64,000 nucleotides of DNA from an uncultured Chloroflexia bacterium (GTDB taxonomy: Bacteria; Chloroflexota; UBA6077; JACCZL01). Of the stretch, positions 33,174 through 43,682 are shown in pieces; within the stretch, counting starts at the first letter, position 1; every line of letters starts with the position of its first letter. The DNA is taken from the NCBI GenBank assembly GCA_963765765.1, contig CAVXYC010000020.1:64001-128000 (forward strand), read 5' to 3'. The notes beneath the pieces are model-generated. The model searched no databases, was not told where the DNA came from, and was given only the letters and a program-made list of their open reading frames with translations. The translations under genes were made by a program, and so were the position numbers.

Positions 33174-34575
33174 ATGACAGCTTCCATCACTGAAGCTCTC
33201 GGCCACTGGGCCGTAGACCAGCGCGGTAAAGGGCTCAGTCCGGTGGTTGCGCGGCAAGCCAAGCTCGCGCTTATCGACTACCTGGGCGTCACGCTGGGTG
33301 GACTCAACATCCCATCGGCAGCCGCCGTTCGTACGATGGCCCTTGAGCAGGGCGGCAACTCACAAGCAACCCTTATTGGCATCGGCGAACGCGCGACCGG
33401 TTTCCAGGCGGCTCTGGCAAACGGCACAGCAGGTCACGCGCTGGACATGGACGACGGGCACAGGCTTGCCGCGGGTCATCCGGGCGTCACCGTCATTCCG
33501 GCCGCACTGGCGGCCGCTGAGATGAGTGGCGCGAGTGGTACGCAGTTACTCAAGGCGATCGCGGTAGGCTACGAAGTCTTCGTGCGCGTGGCCAGCGTCA
33601 TGAATCCATCGCATCTTGATCGCGGCTTCCACACTACCGGGACCATCGGGCCGCTCGGAGCCGCCACAGCGGCTGGATTTCTCCTCGGGCTTGATGCAAC
33701 CCAGCTCACGCACGCGCTGGGCGCCGCTGCATCTAGCGCGGCAGGGCTCTTTCAGGTATTGCACGAAGGGGCGATGTTCAAACCGGTCCATGCCGGCCGA
33801 GCTTCAGAGGCGGGGCTTTTCGCGGCGCTCTGGGCACGGCAAGGCGGTGAGGCGCCACGCTTCGCCCTGGACGGCCCGGACGGCTTTGTGCGGGCCTATG
33901 CAGACGGTGTCGATCCAGCACCAATTGGCCGCGACCTGGCGGAGCCCGAGTCCATTCTGGGCATGTACGTAAAGCTGCACTCGGCATGTCGGCACGTGCA
34001 CGCGGCCGTGGACGCTGGACTGGAGCTGTTCCAGCGACGCAAAGCCCCGATCGCCGAGGTCGTCTCGATCGACGTCGCGACGTACGCGGTCGCAGACCGC
34101 ATGACGGGCCATAAAGGGGAGGTCACGGATATTCCCACCGCCCGTTTCAGCCTTCCCTTCTGCCTCGCGCTGGCGGCGCTCCGTGGCGCGGCTGGCCCGA
34201 TAGAGTTCGTTGATGAAACACTCGCGGACGAGTCGTTGCACGAATTTGCGCGCAAGGTCACAGTGCGAGAAGATGCGGCACTCAGCGCTCTCTATCCACA
34301 AGAGCGCGGTGCACGCCTGACGGTGCATTTCACGGGTGGACGCGAGGATGCTGTCACTGTCATGTTCCCTCGGGGCGAGCCCGAAAACCCGGCAACAGAC
34401 GATGAGTATTACGACAAGTTCCGCGCAAATGCCGTTGGTGTTCTAAACCGCGGTGAAGCCGACCAAGTCATTGCCACCGTGGAGCACATCGAATCGATGG
34501 CGATCTCAGAGCTCGTTGCATTAACGGCGGGTTGCCCTCGCTCCCACCACGATCGCCTCGGCAAGGTTGGCGTAA
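33174..34575 (+). CDS. MmgE/PrpD family protein; appears fused to next gene, probably through an indel
   Basis: NGTAGHALDMDD.H..GHP, RGFH.TG, KPVHAG, ARFSLPF, PRGEPENP; out-of-frame TAA at 34573 followed by AAGGA and GTG. Confidence 0.85.
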
Positions 34576-34583
34576 GCAAGGAC

Positions 34584-36791
34584 GTGGCGTTTCCTGAGGG
34601 CGAATACACACCGTTCGGCTACCTCAGAAATCCGAGCCACCGCGCCTCGGGTCGATGGGAAAAGCTCGAGGGAGGAAACCTTCGCACTGCCGACGATACG
34701 GTTGGGTTGGAATGGGCCTACCCGTGGCACAGGAGTCCGAGCGGCCATGCCGGAATTAGTCTGACCTGTAGCGCAGACGGTCGTGATTGCGTCAGCCGTA
34801 ATGACTTCGAGTCGATTGGCTACACATCTCGTTATCACTCGGCGCTGATAATGGGCTTCGACTGGACCATAGTAGGAGTCGAAATCACGGCGCGATTCTT
34901 TCTTGTGGGCGATGCACTCTGCTTGCAGGTTCGTGCGACAAGTCGGGTCGGAACTCGCCAATCGGTGAAGCTGGGTATAGTCGGACGAGTCGGAGTGAGT
35001 GGAGCCAGTGTTGACCCACGCGAATCCGGCTCCTGCACCATTTTCGAGACAAAGCTTGAAGACATCCCGGCCGCCCACGCGTTGATCGTGTCTCCCGATC
35101 CGGAATGGCGGGGACAACCGTCTATGGATTTCCCGCTTGTCGTTGGCGAGCGCTGTTCCGAGAACGGCGTCTCGCTGGATCTGACACCGCACTCCAGCGC
35201 CACGATCTCCGCCGTGCTTGCACGAGGCGACTCAGGCGATCTCGCCCGCTCGAGAGCGGAGGCGGCGCTACCTCGCATCGGTGCCGAGCTTTCACGCGCA
35301 CTCGCTGAAGATGCGGCCTTTTACAAGACATGCCCGACCCTGAGCGGCGATTGGCCGAGCAATTGGCGAGAAGGCCTGGTGTACGACTTCGAGACAACGC
35401 GTATGTGCGTCATGGCGCCGTCAGGAATCTTTCGCGATATTTGGCCAAGCTGGATGACCGGCTGGCCCCGAGTCGTGGTAGCCGAGGGCACTCTGGATAT
35501 GGCCCGTCTCGCGTTCGCTGATGCCGACACAGCGAAGCGAGCGCTCATGACGATGTTCCGAGATGCGCCCGCGCCTAACGTCCCGTGCGTCTTCCAGGAT
35601 GGCAGCCCCAATATGGTGGCGCGTGATGGCAGTATCTGCGGGACATCACCCGCCTGGTGCCTGCCCTTCCTAAACATCGAGCGTATCTACCTGCGCACGC
35701 TCGACCGAGTCTGGCTTTCTGAGCTCTTCCCGTATCTAAGCCGCTATGTTGATTGGTGGCTGGAGCATCGCGTAGACGAGGAGGGCTGGATTGTCTACAA
35801 GTGCACCTGGGAAGCGGGCGAGGATGGGAATCGACGCCTCGATCCCAGTGGCTCGGGTGACGCCGATATCTCGCGGCGAGTTCGGCCAGCTGAGCTGCAA
35901 GCCTCAATCGCCTACGCGGCGCGAACGCTCGCGTTCTTTGCCAGGGAGCTCAGCCGGGATACCGATGCCAGACGCTGGTCGATCGTCGCCGAGTCTTACC
36001 GCGAACGCACTCGCTCGATGTTCGACGATGGAACAGGGCGATTTCGAGACTGGCTCATTCAAGAGTCGCGATTCCAAGAGGACCAACAAACCGAGAGCTA
36101 CTGGGGCTCCAGCAGCACGCGCTTTTCCGCCCTCTCGCTTACGCCCGCTCTCGGGGATATTGCAACCCCGGAGCAGATTGGCGCGTTGCGCAACGAGATC
36201 AGACAGCATGCCGTTCCTCCCTGGACTATCTGGCCGTCCTGGTGCCACATACTGACGGAATGCGCGTCAGCTGTGGGGATGCATGAGCTCGCGGGATCGA
36301 TCTCGGCTGAAGTCCTCGAAGCGGTGTATCGACTCACCAATCGGCGCTCACTTGCAGCGATTCGAAGACCGACTCCGGGTGCATCGCCCGAATACTGGCC
36401 ACGGGACAATCGGGGTTGGGACGCTAGCGATGCGTATGGCTGGGGAGCCACCACGGCGAACTTACTCATCCGTCACATTTGCGGTCTCCAGGAGAGCCAG
36501 GAAACCAACAACTGGATTCTGAATCTGACCCCGGCTTTTATGGATCGACTCCAACAGGCGGGCGCTCGATACGTGGTTCGCGGTTTCAATTATCGAGGGC
36601 GAAGCCTGGACATCGCTTTTACATGGATCGGGCCGTCCCTGGACGTTGAGATCGAGCTGCGTGAGCCCGTGCATTGCTCCGTAAGTGAGACCGATGGTAT
36701 CGATGGACTGGTCTACAAGAGTAGACGACCGCTTTCGAGGCATGAGTTCCGAGTGACGAATGGCCGTAGGCATAGAGTGAAACTCGACTAG
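34584..36791 (+). CDS. Putative (alpha/alpha)6 glycoside hydrolase (GH63/MGH1-like)
   Basis: TSPAW, D..WL.ELFPYLSRYVDWW, WEAGEDGN, YGWGA motifs; Trp-rich. Confidence 0.6.
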   Translation: MAFPEGEYTPFGYLRNPSHRASGRWEKLEGGNLRTADDTVGLEWAYPWHRSPSGHAGISLTCSADGRDCVSRNDFESIGYTSRYHSALIMGFDWTIVGVEITARFFLVGDALCLQVRATSRVGTRQSVKLGIVGRVGVSGASVDPRESGSCTIFETKLEDIPAAHALIVSPDPEWRGQPSMDFPLVVGERCSENGVSLDLTPHSSATISAVLARGDSGDLARSRAEAALPRIGAELSRALAEDAAFYKTCPTLSGDWPSNWREGLVYDFETTRMCVMAPSGIFRDIWPSWMTGWPRVVVAEGTLDMARLAFADADTAKRALMTMFRDAPAPNVPCVFQDGSPNMVARDGSICGTSPAWCLPFLNIERIYLRTLDRVWLSELFPYLSRYVDWWLEHRVDEEGWIVYKCTWEAGEDGNRRLDPSGSGDADISRRVRPAELQASIAYAARTLAFFARELSRDTDARRWSIVAESYRERTRSMFDDGTGRFRDWLIQESRFQEDQQTESYWGSSSTRFSALSLTPALGDIATPEQIGALRNEIRQHAVPPWTIWPSWCHILTECASAVGMHELAGSISAEVLEAVYRLTNRRSLAAIRRPTPGASPEYWPRDNRGWDASDAYGWGATTANLLIRHICGLQESQETNNWILNLTPAFMDRLQQAGARYVVRGFNYRGRSLDIAFTWIGPSLDVEIELREPVHCSVSETDGIDGLVYKSRRPLSRHEFRVTNGRRHRVKLD

Positions 36792-36959
36792 GGATCCCCG
36801 TGGCGAAAGCTCGGTCGCCACGGGCGGATCTCAGTGGGCACGCGGCTTGCCCATGGCGCGCGGTACTTGAGTCGCCTGTAATCCGTTAGATCCATGAACG
36901 AGATGCCGATCCGGCATTTCCGGCGACGTTAGGATTGATATACTGGCGCGGCTGGGATT

Positions 36960-38163
36960 GTGACGAACCGGAGATATAGAGCGCTGACCTCAGTGCTCGC
37001 AGCGATGCTTTTGATAGTCGCGTTAGGGCCTCAGTCGTACGCTGACGGTCCTCCTCCAGCGTCGCCGGCGCAAAGCGGCTCGCCTCGCGAGCTTGAGGCG
37101 ATGAACATCGCTCCTCGCAACTTCGTGAACAATCGCTTCCTGATTCTCAACATGCACGGCATGCTGTTTCACGAGCGCCTGGCCGATATTCAGGAGGACA
37201 TCCACTACGCAAGCTGGATGAACGCCGGTGTAATCAGAGTATTCGCAACCGACGCGAGCGGCCTGGAGCGCTGGTCAGGCGGTGAGGTAGCTGAACGGAT
37301 CATCGAAATTGCCCCGATGCTTAGATCCTCCAATATCAAGCTCATCGTGGCGCTGGTGAACAATCACCAGGAGGTTCCGGGAGAAGCCGCGAACTCAGTC
37401 GGTTGGATGGATGGTTATCAACAGCTCCTATTGCCTTTCTATAGCGGGAATTGGCGGATGGCCTACCGCAGTTTCGCCAGTGATTTGATCTGGCTGGTCA
37501 AGGAACGCGGCGCTCGGGATGTCATCTGGGCCTGGGAGGTTGGCAACGAGATCCATACCCAGCAAGACCCACCGCTCGTCCTCGATTTTCTCAACCAGGC
37601 AATTCATGCAATTCGACAGGTGGACGACGCGACGCAGATTCTTCCGGGGACCATGGGCTCGAATCATCTCGAGCCCTGGGCCGAGGACTCGCCAGTAGCC
37701 CGAGAGCTGTTTTGCGATATGCCGGTTTCCGCTTACACGCTCCACGCCTACGACTGGCGAGATATCTATAACGGTGGAGATATGCCCATTCATTACGACT
37801 TCACCCACACTGTGCGGGATCGATGCGACGACGGCAGGCGCTCTACCGGTCATTGTGGAAGAGCTCGGAACCTCGCGGGCCGTCCCCGGTCAGTACGCTG
37901 AATGGGAAGAGGACAAACGGCTTGCCGCGGAGCTAAATCAGATTCGCTACGTGCTTTCACAGCCGTCCGTCGCAGGAGTGGGCGCCTGGTCAGCCGAGAG
38001 CCCGCGAAGCCGTCGGGTACGTCACGATCGTCGCCGAGGCCTTACGTCATACGGGCCAGACGCCGACGGCTCCGGCTCCTGCTATGGCGCTACCGCGGAC
38101 AACGTCCCAGGCGCGCGCTGTCGGCTCGAGCAAGTGCTGCGTAGCCTGCCGAACGTCCCGTAA
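36960..38163 (+). CDS. Secreted clan GH-A glycoside hydrolase (GH5-like), frameshift near 37840
   Basis: Signal peptide; VIRVFA, AWEVGNE (acid/base), TLHAY, PVIVEELG (nucleophile), GAW. Confidence 0.8.
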
Positions 38164-38446
38164 GCCGCCCTGCAGCAACGTAAGCGAGCGATCCCTGCCC
38201 CAACAGACCCACATCCCGTAACGGTGCGGTTCCCTCCCGCGAATTCCGGGCGCGGCGCCGGAGAGGGTTGATGAATGTGCTGGCGTCTGATTTTCCCGTT
38301 GGGATCCGGCACCTATACGCGTGCGCCCCTGTTGTCGTGCACGCGAAATCACATTTCCCCGTCTGTCACTGGAAACCTCACTGCGATCTAGGCGATAACG
38401 TCTGCACACACTGATCGTTTTACCGTCAGAATGAGGAGACCTCTAC

Positions 38447-38662
38447 GTGAACAAACGAAAGAATGCTGCGGAGCGGAAGCACCGCCATACTGCCCAGAAG
38501 GTGAAAGCGCGCAAGAAGGGCATCGATCCCGCGCTCGATCGACTCTGGCAGGTAGGCCCCTGGGAGGAGCGGCGCTCTCGCTCCTGGCGTAGCCAGCGCA
38601 CCTCTGGCGAGGGGGGTGAAGCATCCACCACATCCGCACGACGAGGCCGCGCGCGCAGCTAG
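38447..38662 (+). CDS. Small Lys/Arg-rich protein
   Basis: GAGGAG RBS before GTG; followed by bidirectional terminator. Confidence 0.55.
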   Translation: MNKRKNAAERKHRHTAQKVKARKKGIDPALDRLWQVGPWEERRSRSWRSQRTSGEGGEASTTSARRGRARS

Positions 38663-38678
38663 GCCTGAGTAAGTGCGC

Positions 38679-38721
38679 CATCAAAAAGTGCCGCGATGCA
38701 ATCACGGCACTTTTTTTGATG
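38679..38721. terminator. Bidirectional intrinsic terminator
   Basis: CATCAAAAAGTGCCG...CGGCACTTTTTTTGATG between convergent genes. Confidence 0.7.
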
Positions 38722-39238
38722 CAGCTGAGCGGAAATCTTGCGCCCCCAATCTACCAGCCCGCGACTGAGGTGCAAGTACATACCAACCGCGGCCGAGCAC
38801 CTGTGATTGGCGTATCGGTCCGAAGGCGCGGCTATCGGTACCCACGGCCACCGCGTAACTCAGAACAAAGAGCTCGTCAGCCCCGACCTGCCAACGGCCA
38901 GGCAAGCTACCCACCATCGGTGAGTGGAAGTTGATCTCACAGCCGTCGATCCAGAGGCGGTCACCACGGACCTCGATGTGCTCCCCTGGCATCCCGGCGA
39001 CGAGCTTAATCATGCGTCCTGATTGGCTGGAGCCGTGTTGAAATACAACGATGTCACCCCGGGCGACATCCCGGCCAACGTACGCCAGGCGATCGCAAAG
39101 CAGTACATCACCTGGGCGAAGGAGCGGGTACATGCTGTCACCCACCACGGCGACTCGTTTACTTGCCACCCACGGCATCACGTCTCGAACGAGCGGCAGA
39201 CTGGCCGCTGTTCGAGCGGACCATTCAACCAGGTTCAT
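38702..39238 (-). CDS. sodX: S26-family peptidase, probable Ni-SOD maturation protease
   Basis: VVGDSMYPLL.PGD, IKL, DSRAFGPI; divergent from sodN. Confidence 0.8.
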   Translation of the reverse strand: MNLVEWSARTAASLPLVRDVMPWVASKRVAVVGDSMYPLLRPGDVLLCDRLAYVGRDVARGDIVVFQHGSSQSGRMIKLVAGMPGEHIEVRGDRLWIDGCEINFHSPMVGSLPGRWQVGADELFVLSYAVAVGTDSRAFGPIRQSQVLGRGWYVLAPQSRAGRLGAQDFRSAASKKVP

Positions 39239-39310
39239 TTTCTCCCACTTTCGCCGCGATCAATCCGACAGGTACACTAGGGATTGCATGCTATCAAACA
39301 GGAGCGGTGT

Positions 39311-39835
39311 ATGAATCTTACTGATCGAGCCCTCGCGGCATTCCAGCGGACGATGCCTATCGAGGAAGCCGACGCCCATTGCGATATTCCTTGCGGAATC
39401 TATGATCCGCATGCGGCCCAGATCGGGGCACTCACCGTTGTCCGCATGGTGCAACTCATTCAGAATCTTGCGAAGCCCGACGCCAGCGCGTCCAAGGAGC
39501 AAGTGGACGCGTACGTCAACTCGCTTTCACGCTACATAGCCGTGAAAGAGGAGCATGCGACGCTCGCCAAAAAGGAAACTCTGATTATCTGGACGGACTA
39601 TTTCCGCCCCGAGCATCTCGAGAAGTTTCCCGATCTTCACGACCTCGTCTGGAAGACCATGAAGCTTGCTTCTAAGGCGAAGCAAGAGATCAACATGGAT
39701 GCATCGCAGGAGTTGCTCGCGGGTATTCAGAGAATCGCTGAGATCTTCTGGGAGACTAAGGGCGCTACAACCAAGCGACAGTCGTCGCTGCAGACCGTCG
39801 GCGGAGAGCTCGTCTACCCCGTACCGGCATCGTAA
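39311..39835 (+). CDS. sodN: Nickel superoxide dismutase precursor
   Basis: Ni-hook ADA|HCDIPCGIYDP, KEEHA, WTDYF, IFWETK; AGGAG RBS. Confidence 0.96.
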   Translation: MNLTDRALAAFQRTMPIEEADAHCDIPCGIYDPHAAQIGALTVVRMVQLIQNLAKPDASASKEQVDAYVNSLSRYIAVKEEHATLAKKETLIIWTDYFRPEHLEKFPDLHDLVWKTMKLASKAKQEINMDASQELLAGIQRIAEIFWETKGATTKRQSSLQTVGGELVYPVPAS

Positions 39836-39872
39836 GCCATTCACTCTCGGCCTTGGGATTCTTGCGCGCGTG

Positions 39873-40194
39873 GTGAGCAAACATCTCTTTCCACGCGCGT
39901 TTTAGTCCGTTCCTCATCTCGGTCTTTGTCGTTACTGCCTGTTCCGCCACCCAATTACCCGAGGAGCCATTAACTGCTCGTGGCGTCATACTTGGCATCG
40001 CGCAACGAACATTCACCGAGCTTGACTCCATCGAGGTCCGCACCGATGACGGTCAAGTGCTCACATTCGCCGTTGAGGGAGATGTAGGGCTCACGCCCGG
40101 GCATGCGCGTGAGCACATGTCATTCGTCGAGCCCGTCACGGTGCTTTACCGCGTCACTGAGCGTGGACCGCTGGCCATTTCGATCACTGACTAG
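39873..40194 (+). CDS. Small lipoprotein missed by the ORF track (start frameshifted), H-x-x-E-H-M motif
   Basis: Manual translation ..FSPFLISVFVVTAC-SATQLPEEPLTARGVILGI..LDSIEVRTDDGQVLTFAVEGDVGLTPGHAREHMSFVEPVTVLYRVTERGPLAISITD*. Confidence 0.7.
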
Positions 40195-40573
40195 AGGTCG
40201 GCAGCCCACTAACCCACCCCCGCGACGATACCTCTCATGCGCTGGGCCATCACTCGCTATGGGTGCATGGAGATAGATCAGCTCGTTGCTCGGCAATCGG
40301 GATTGATCTGATCGAGTAACCGCTTGGCCCCGCTATCACTGTTGATCTTGATGGTCAGCTCACGGGCTCCTGCAAACCATCGGGATGTCCAATTTCTGGA
40401 TATGGTTTGCTTCGTGACACCGAGCTCAAGGGCCCCACTTCTCAACCCTTGCCTATCGGACCCCGGTTGATTTGACGCGGCCCAGGTAATGCAGGGAGCA
40501 CCAATCAGTTTGGAGAGGTCGGAGTCCGCGGCGCTCCCTCTGCAACATTGCGCACAGCGGCCGTCGTCTCACT

Positions 40574-40604
40574 AATGGTAGCGGGAAAAAATGGTAGCGG
40601 GAAA
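40574..40604. repeat. 15-bp direct repeat (16-bp period) upstream of the sigma factor
   Basis: AATGGTAGCGGGAAA at 40574 and 40590. Confidence 0.75.
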
Positions 40605-40692
40605 GTTGTTCCCTAACGGCACGAATCGTGCCATTTTTCGAACTGTCGAATTTAAGGGCGGCGTCCACGCAAGAAGCATCACGGAGCAGACC

Positions 40693-41989
40693 ATGATTCA
40701 CTTTGACAAATACTTTCACGATGGTGGGGGTCCATCTGACGGATGGGAAGTTCTCAACCGCGTGCGACGGGAACATCCAAATCGAGCCGGACGCACCCCT
40801 TGCGGAGATCATCTCCGCCACCTCTGGCTCGCCGCCAGATACCCGACTCGCCGTTCAAGCTCTGGAGCAAAGTGGAGTTTCAGTAGAAGGCGACATCGAG
40901 CACGACGCTCTCGATGTCGGTCGAGCCCGGCGTCGCTCCAATGCTAACTCGATCGAGAACGCTGAAGATGTCCTCGAGAAAGTGGACGAGCAGGTCGAGG
41001 TGATTGGCGTACCTGCGGAGGGCGTAGACGCGGAGGAGGCCGGTGAGGCACAACGTCGCGAAGCGCTGGCCGTTGAATTTGCGGCCGGTTCCCCGGCCGT
41101 ACTTTACCTTCGAGAGATCAGCAAGGCCCGTCTGCTCACGGCTCCAGAGGAGATCTCGCTCGCGCGAGAAGTTCGAGCGGGCCGAGAAGCCGATGAGCGG
41201 CTGAAGGCTGAAGACGTCGGGGAGGATGAGCGCGCCGATTTAGAGCGCGCAATCAGCGTTGGTCTAGCGGCGAGGCGGCGGCTTATCGAGTCCAATCTGC
41301 GACTCGTGGTCAGTGTGGCTCGTCGCTACATCGGACGCGGTATGGCGTTCCTTGATCTGGTTCAAGAAGGCAATCTTGGGCTGAATCGCGGGATAGACAA
41401 GTACGACCCCGAACGAGGCTTCCGTTTCTCCACCTACGTGTACTGGTGGATTCGCCAGGCCATTACGCGGGCCATCGCAGATCAGGGACGAACCATTCGC
41501 CTGCCGGTCCACATCATTGATTTCCTGACTCAGGTGCAGAGAACGAGCCATGAGCTCGCGCACGAGACGGGTCGACAGCCGCTTCCCGCCGAGATCGCGG
41601 AACGCTTGGACACATCAGAGGAGCGGGTGTCAGAGGCGCTCCGTGCGGGGCAAATGCCGATTTCGCTCGAGTCACCGGTGGGCGCGGAGCACGAAAGTGT
41701 CCTGGGTGACCTCATCGCCGATCATTCGGCAGCCCAGCCGTCCGACGTGGTTGTGGGTGATATGTTGCGTGAGTATGTGGATGAGATGCTCGGCGATGAG
41801 CTCACCCCGCGCGAGCGCTCAGTGCTCGAGCTTCGATTCGGACTTCGGGACGACAGGGTCTGGAGTCTTTCCGAGATCGGTGAATCCCTCGGCCTGAGCC
41901 GAGAGCGCGTGCGTCAGATCGAGCACGAAGCGCTCGCAAAGCTCCGCCGCCCGGATGTGCGTCGTCGACTGGCCGATTATCTGGGATAG
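40693..41989 (+). CDS. RpoD/RpoS-like alternative sigma70 factor; start uncertain
   Basis: YLREI..LLT.PEE, SNLRLVVSVARRY, DLVQEGNLGL, GFRFSTY.YWWIRQAI, RTIRLPVH, SRERVRQIE. Confidence 0.92.
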
Positions 41990-41996
41990 AAGCTGA

Positions 41997-42041
41997 GGAC
42001 GGTGAGGGGCACTTGAACCTCCAAGTGCCCCTCACCGTTCC
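41997..42041. terminator. Hairpin between convergent sigma factor and gnd
   Basis: ACGGTGAGGGGCACTTG-AACCTC-CAAGTGCCCCTCACCGT. Confidence 0.7.
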
Positions 42042-42043
42042 AT

Positions 42044-42964
42044 CTAATCCCCGGCCGGCTTGACCGCGTGCCCGCCGAACTTAAGACGCAGGGCGGCAAG
42101 TACCTTCTGTTGAAATGAGACTTCTTGCCGTGATGCGATGCGCACGAACAACGATTGTGTAATCACCGAGAACGGAATATCGTTCTCGATTGCCGTCGCG
42201 ATAGACCAGCGGCCCTCGCCCGTGTCGTCCACGTAGTCCGCAATTGCACTTAGCTTCTGATCCTCGCTAAACGCTGCCTCAGCCATGCGCATCAGGAACG
42301 AATCGACAATGCTGCCGTGGTTCCATAAATTGGCGATCTTGGCGAGGTCGAAGTCCTTGTACGGTCCGTTCGCCAGAAGCTCAAAGCCCTCGCCAATGGA
42401 CTGCATCATTCCGTACTCAATAGCGTTGTGGACCATGCCGACAAAGTGGCCGGCGCCATGCGGACCGAACAAACCATGCGCGCCCGAGGGGAGACAGAGC
42501 GCGTCAAGAGCCGGCTTCAGATCGGCGTACCCGCTCTCGTCGCCCCCCATCATCACTGGATAGCCGAAATCCTTGGCCACGATGCCACCGCTCACTTTGG
42601 CATCGAGGAATCGGATGCCCTTCTCAGTGATACGAGGAGCGCGAGCCTGGGTATCTTTGAAGAGGGAGTTCGCTCCGTCCACGATGATGTCACCCGATGA
42701 AAGCAGGTTGACGACGCCGTATTCAGGGTTAAAGAGATGCTGCTCGGTCGGCTCTCCTGCCGGAAGCATCAGCCAGACTACCCGAGGAGCCTCGAGTTGA
42801 GCGACAAGCTCAGCCGTGGACGCGGCGGGAATGGCCCCCTTGGTCGCCAGCTCACGCACTTTGTCCTGACTGCGGTTGTAAGCAACGACTTCCTGACCTT
42901 GCTTTAGCATGCGCTCGGCCATGTTCATGCCCATGCGACCAAGGCCGACGATTCCGATTCTCAT
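42044..42964 (-). CDS. gnd: 6-phosphogluconate dehydrogenase, decarboxylating (short YqeC type)
   Basis: GLGRMG, WLMLPAG, VSGG, GAGHFV.MVHNAIEYGMM, DTGEGRW, FGGH. Confidence 0.93.
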   Translation of the reverse strand: MRIGIVGLGRMGMNMAERMLKQGQEVVAYNRSQDKVRELATKGAIPAASTAELVAQLEAPRVVWLMLPAGEPTEQHLFNPEYGVVNLLSSGDIIVDGANSLFKDTQARAPRITEKGIRFLDAKVSGGIVAKDFGYPVMMGGDESGYADLKPALDALCLPSGAHGLFGPHGAGHFVGMVHNAIEYGMMQSIGEGFELLANGPYKDFDLAKIANLWNHGSIVDSFLMRMAEAAFSEDQKLSAIADYVDDTGEGRWSIATAIENDIPFSVITQSLFVRIASRQEVSFQQKVLAALRLKFGGHAVKPAGD

Positions 42965-43029
42965 TGTGGCCTCCTCTCCGGCGCTCTCGCGCCTTCCATC
43001 CTGCGATCTGTGTTGGTGCTGGCAGCGGC

Positions 43030-43554
43030 TTAGTATTGAATGATGCTGACGACAGATCGGCCTTCCAACCGATCGCGTCCCGAGAGAAATGTCAGCTCGG
43101 CTAAAAATGCGCACGCAACCACTTCACCGCCCAGCGATTCCACTAGCTCAATTGTGGCACTCACAGTGCCACCAGTAGCGAGTAGATCGTCGACAATGAG
43201 TACTCGCTGGCCGCGCTTTATTGCATCTCGGTGGATCTCGAGCGTATTTGTTCCGTACTCCAGCTCGTATTCCACACTCACCGTTTCAGCGGGAAGCTTG
43301 CCAAGCTTTCGGACCGGCACGAACCCGGCGTTCAACCGGTAGGCCAGCGGGGCCGCGAAGATGAAACCCCGAGACTCCATGCCGACGACCTGATCTACTT
43401 CGAAGTCTGACACGCTCGTGTAAAGCTGATCGATCGCGGACTGAAATGCGTCTGGGTCTTGCAATACTGTCGTGATGTCCTTGAACATGATCCCCGGAAG
43501 CGGGAAATCAGGAACATCGCGAACACGTTTGGAAAGCTGTTCAGGCGTCATCAC
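43030..43554 (-). CDS. apt: Adenine phosphoribosyltransferase
   Basis: PDFP.PGIMFKDIT, ESRGF, RKLGKLP, LEYG, VDDLLATGGT. Confidence 0.96.
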   Translation of the reverse strand: MMTPEQLSKRVRDVPDFPLPGIMFKDITTVLQDPDAFQSAIDQLYTSVSDFEVDQVVGMESRGFIFAAPLAYRLNAGFVPVRKLGKLPAETVSVEYELEYGTNTLEIHRDAIKRGQRVLIVDDLLATGGTVSATIELVESLGGEVVACAFLAELTFLSGRDRLEGRSVVSIIQY

Positions 43555-43682
43555 AGGTGCGGCCCCAAGTGAGCGTAAAGACGCGGCGATTCTAGCATGG
43601 CGCCCGGTACCTGACGGGCCCGTTAGTTGCGGTTTAACGAATTAAATCCGCGCTAGTCCGATACAATGCGAGTGGATAACCG

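Noticed and set aside
33123-36791. 1222-aa MmgE/PrpD-glycoside hydrolase fusion as a novel bifunctional enzyme
   Set aside because: An out-of-frame TAA (34573), AAGGA and an in-frame GTG (34584) lie at the domain boundary; one indel would give two normal genes, and indels are common here
40360-40440. c-di-GMP-I riboswitch-like GCAAACC...GAAA on the minus strand
   Set aside because: GGACGCAAA and P3 elements are missing and no clear downstream gene
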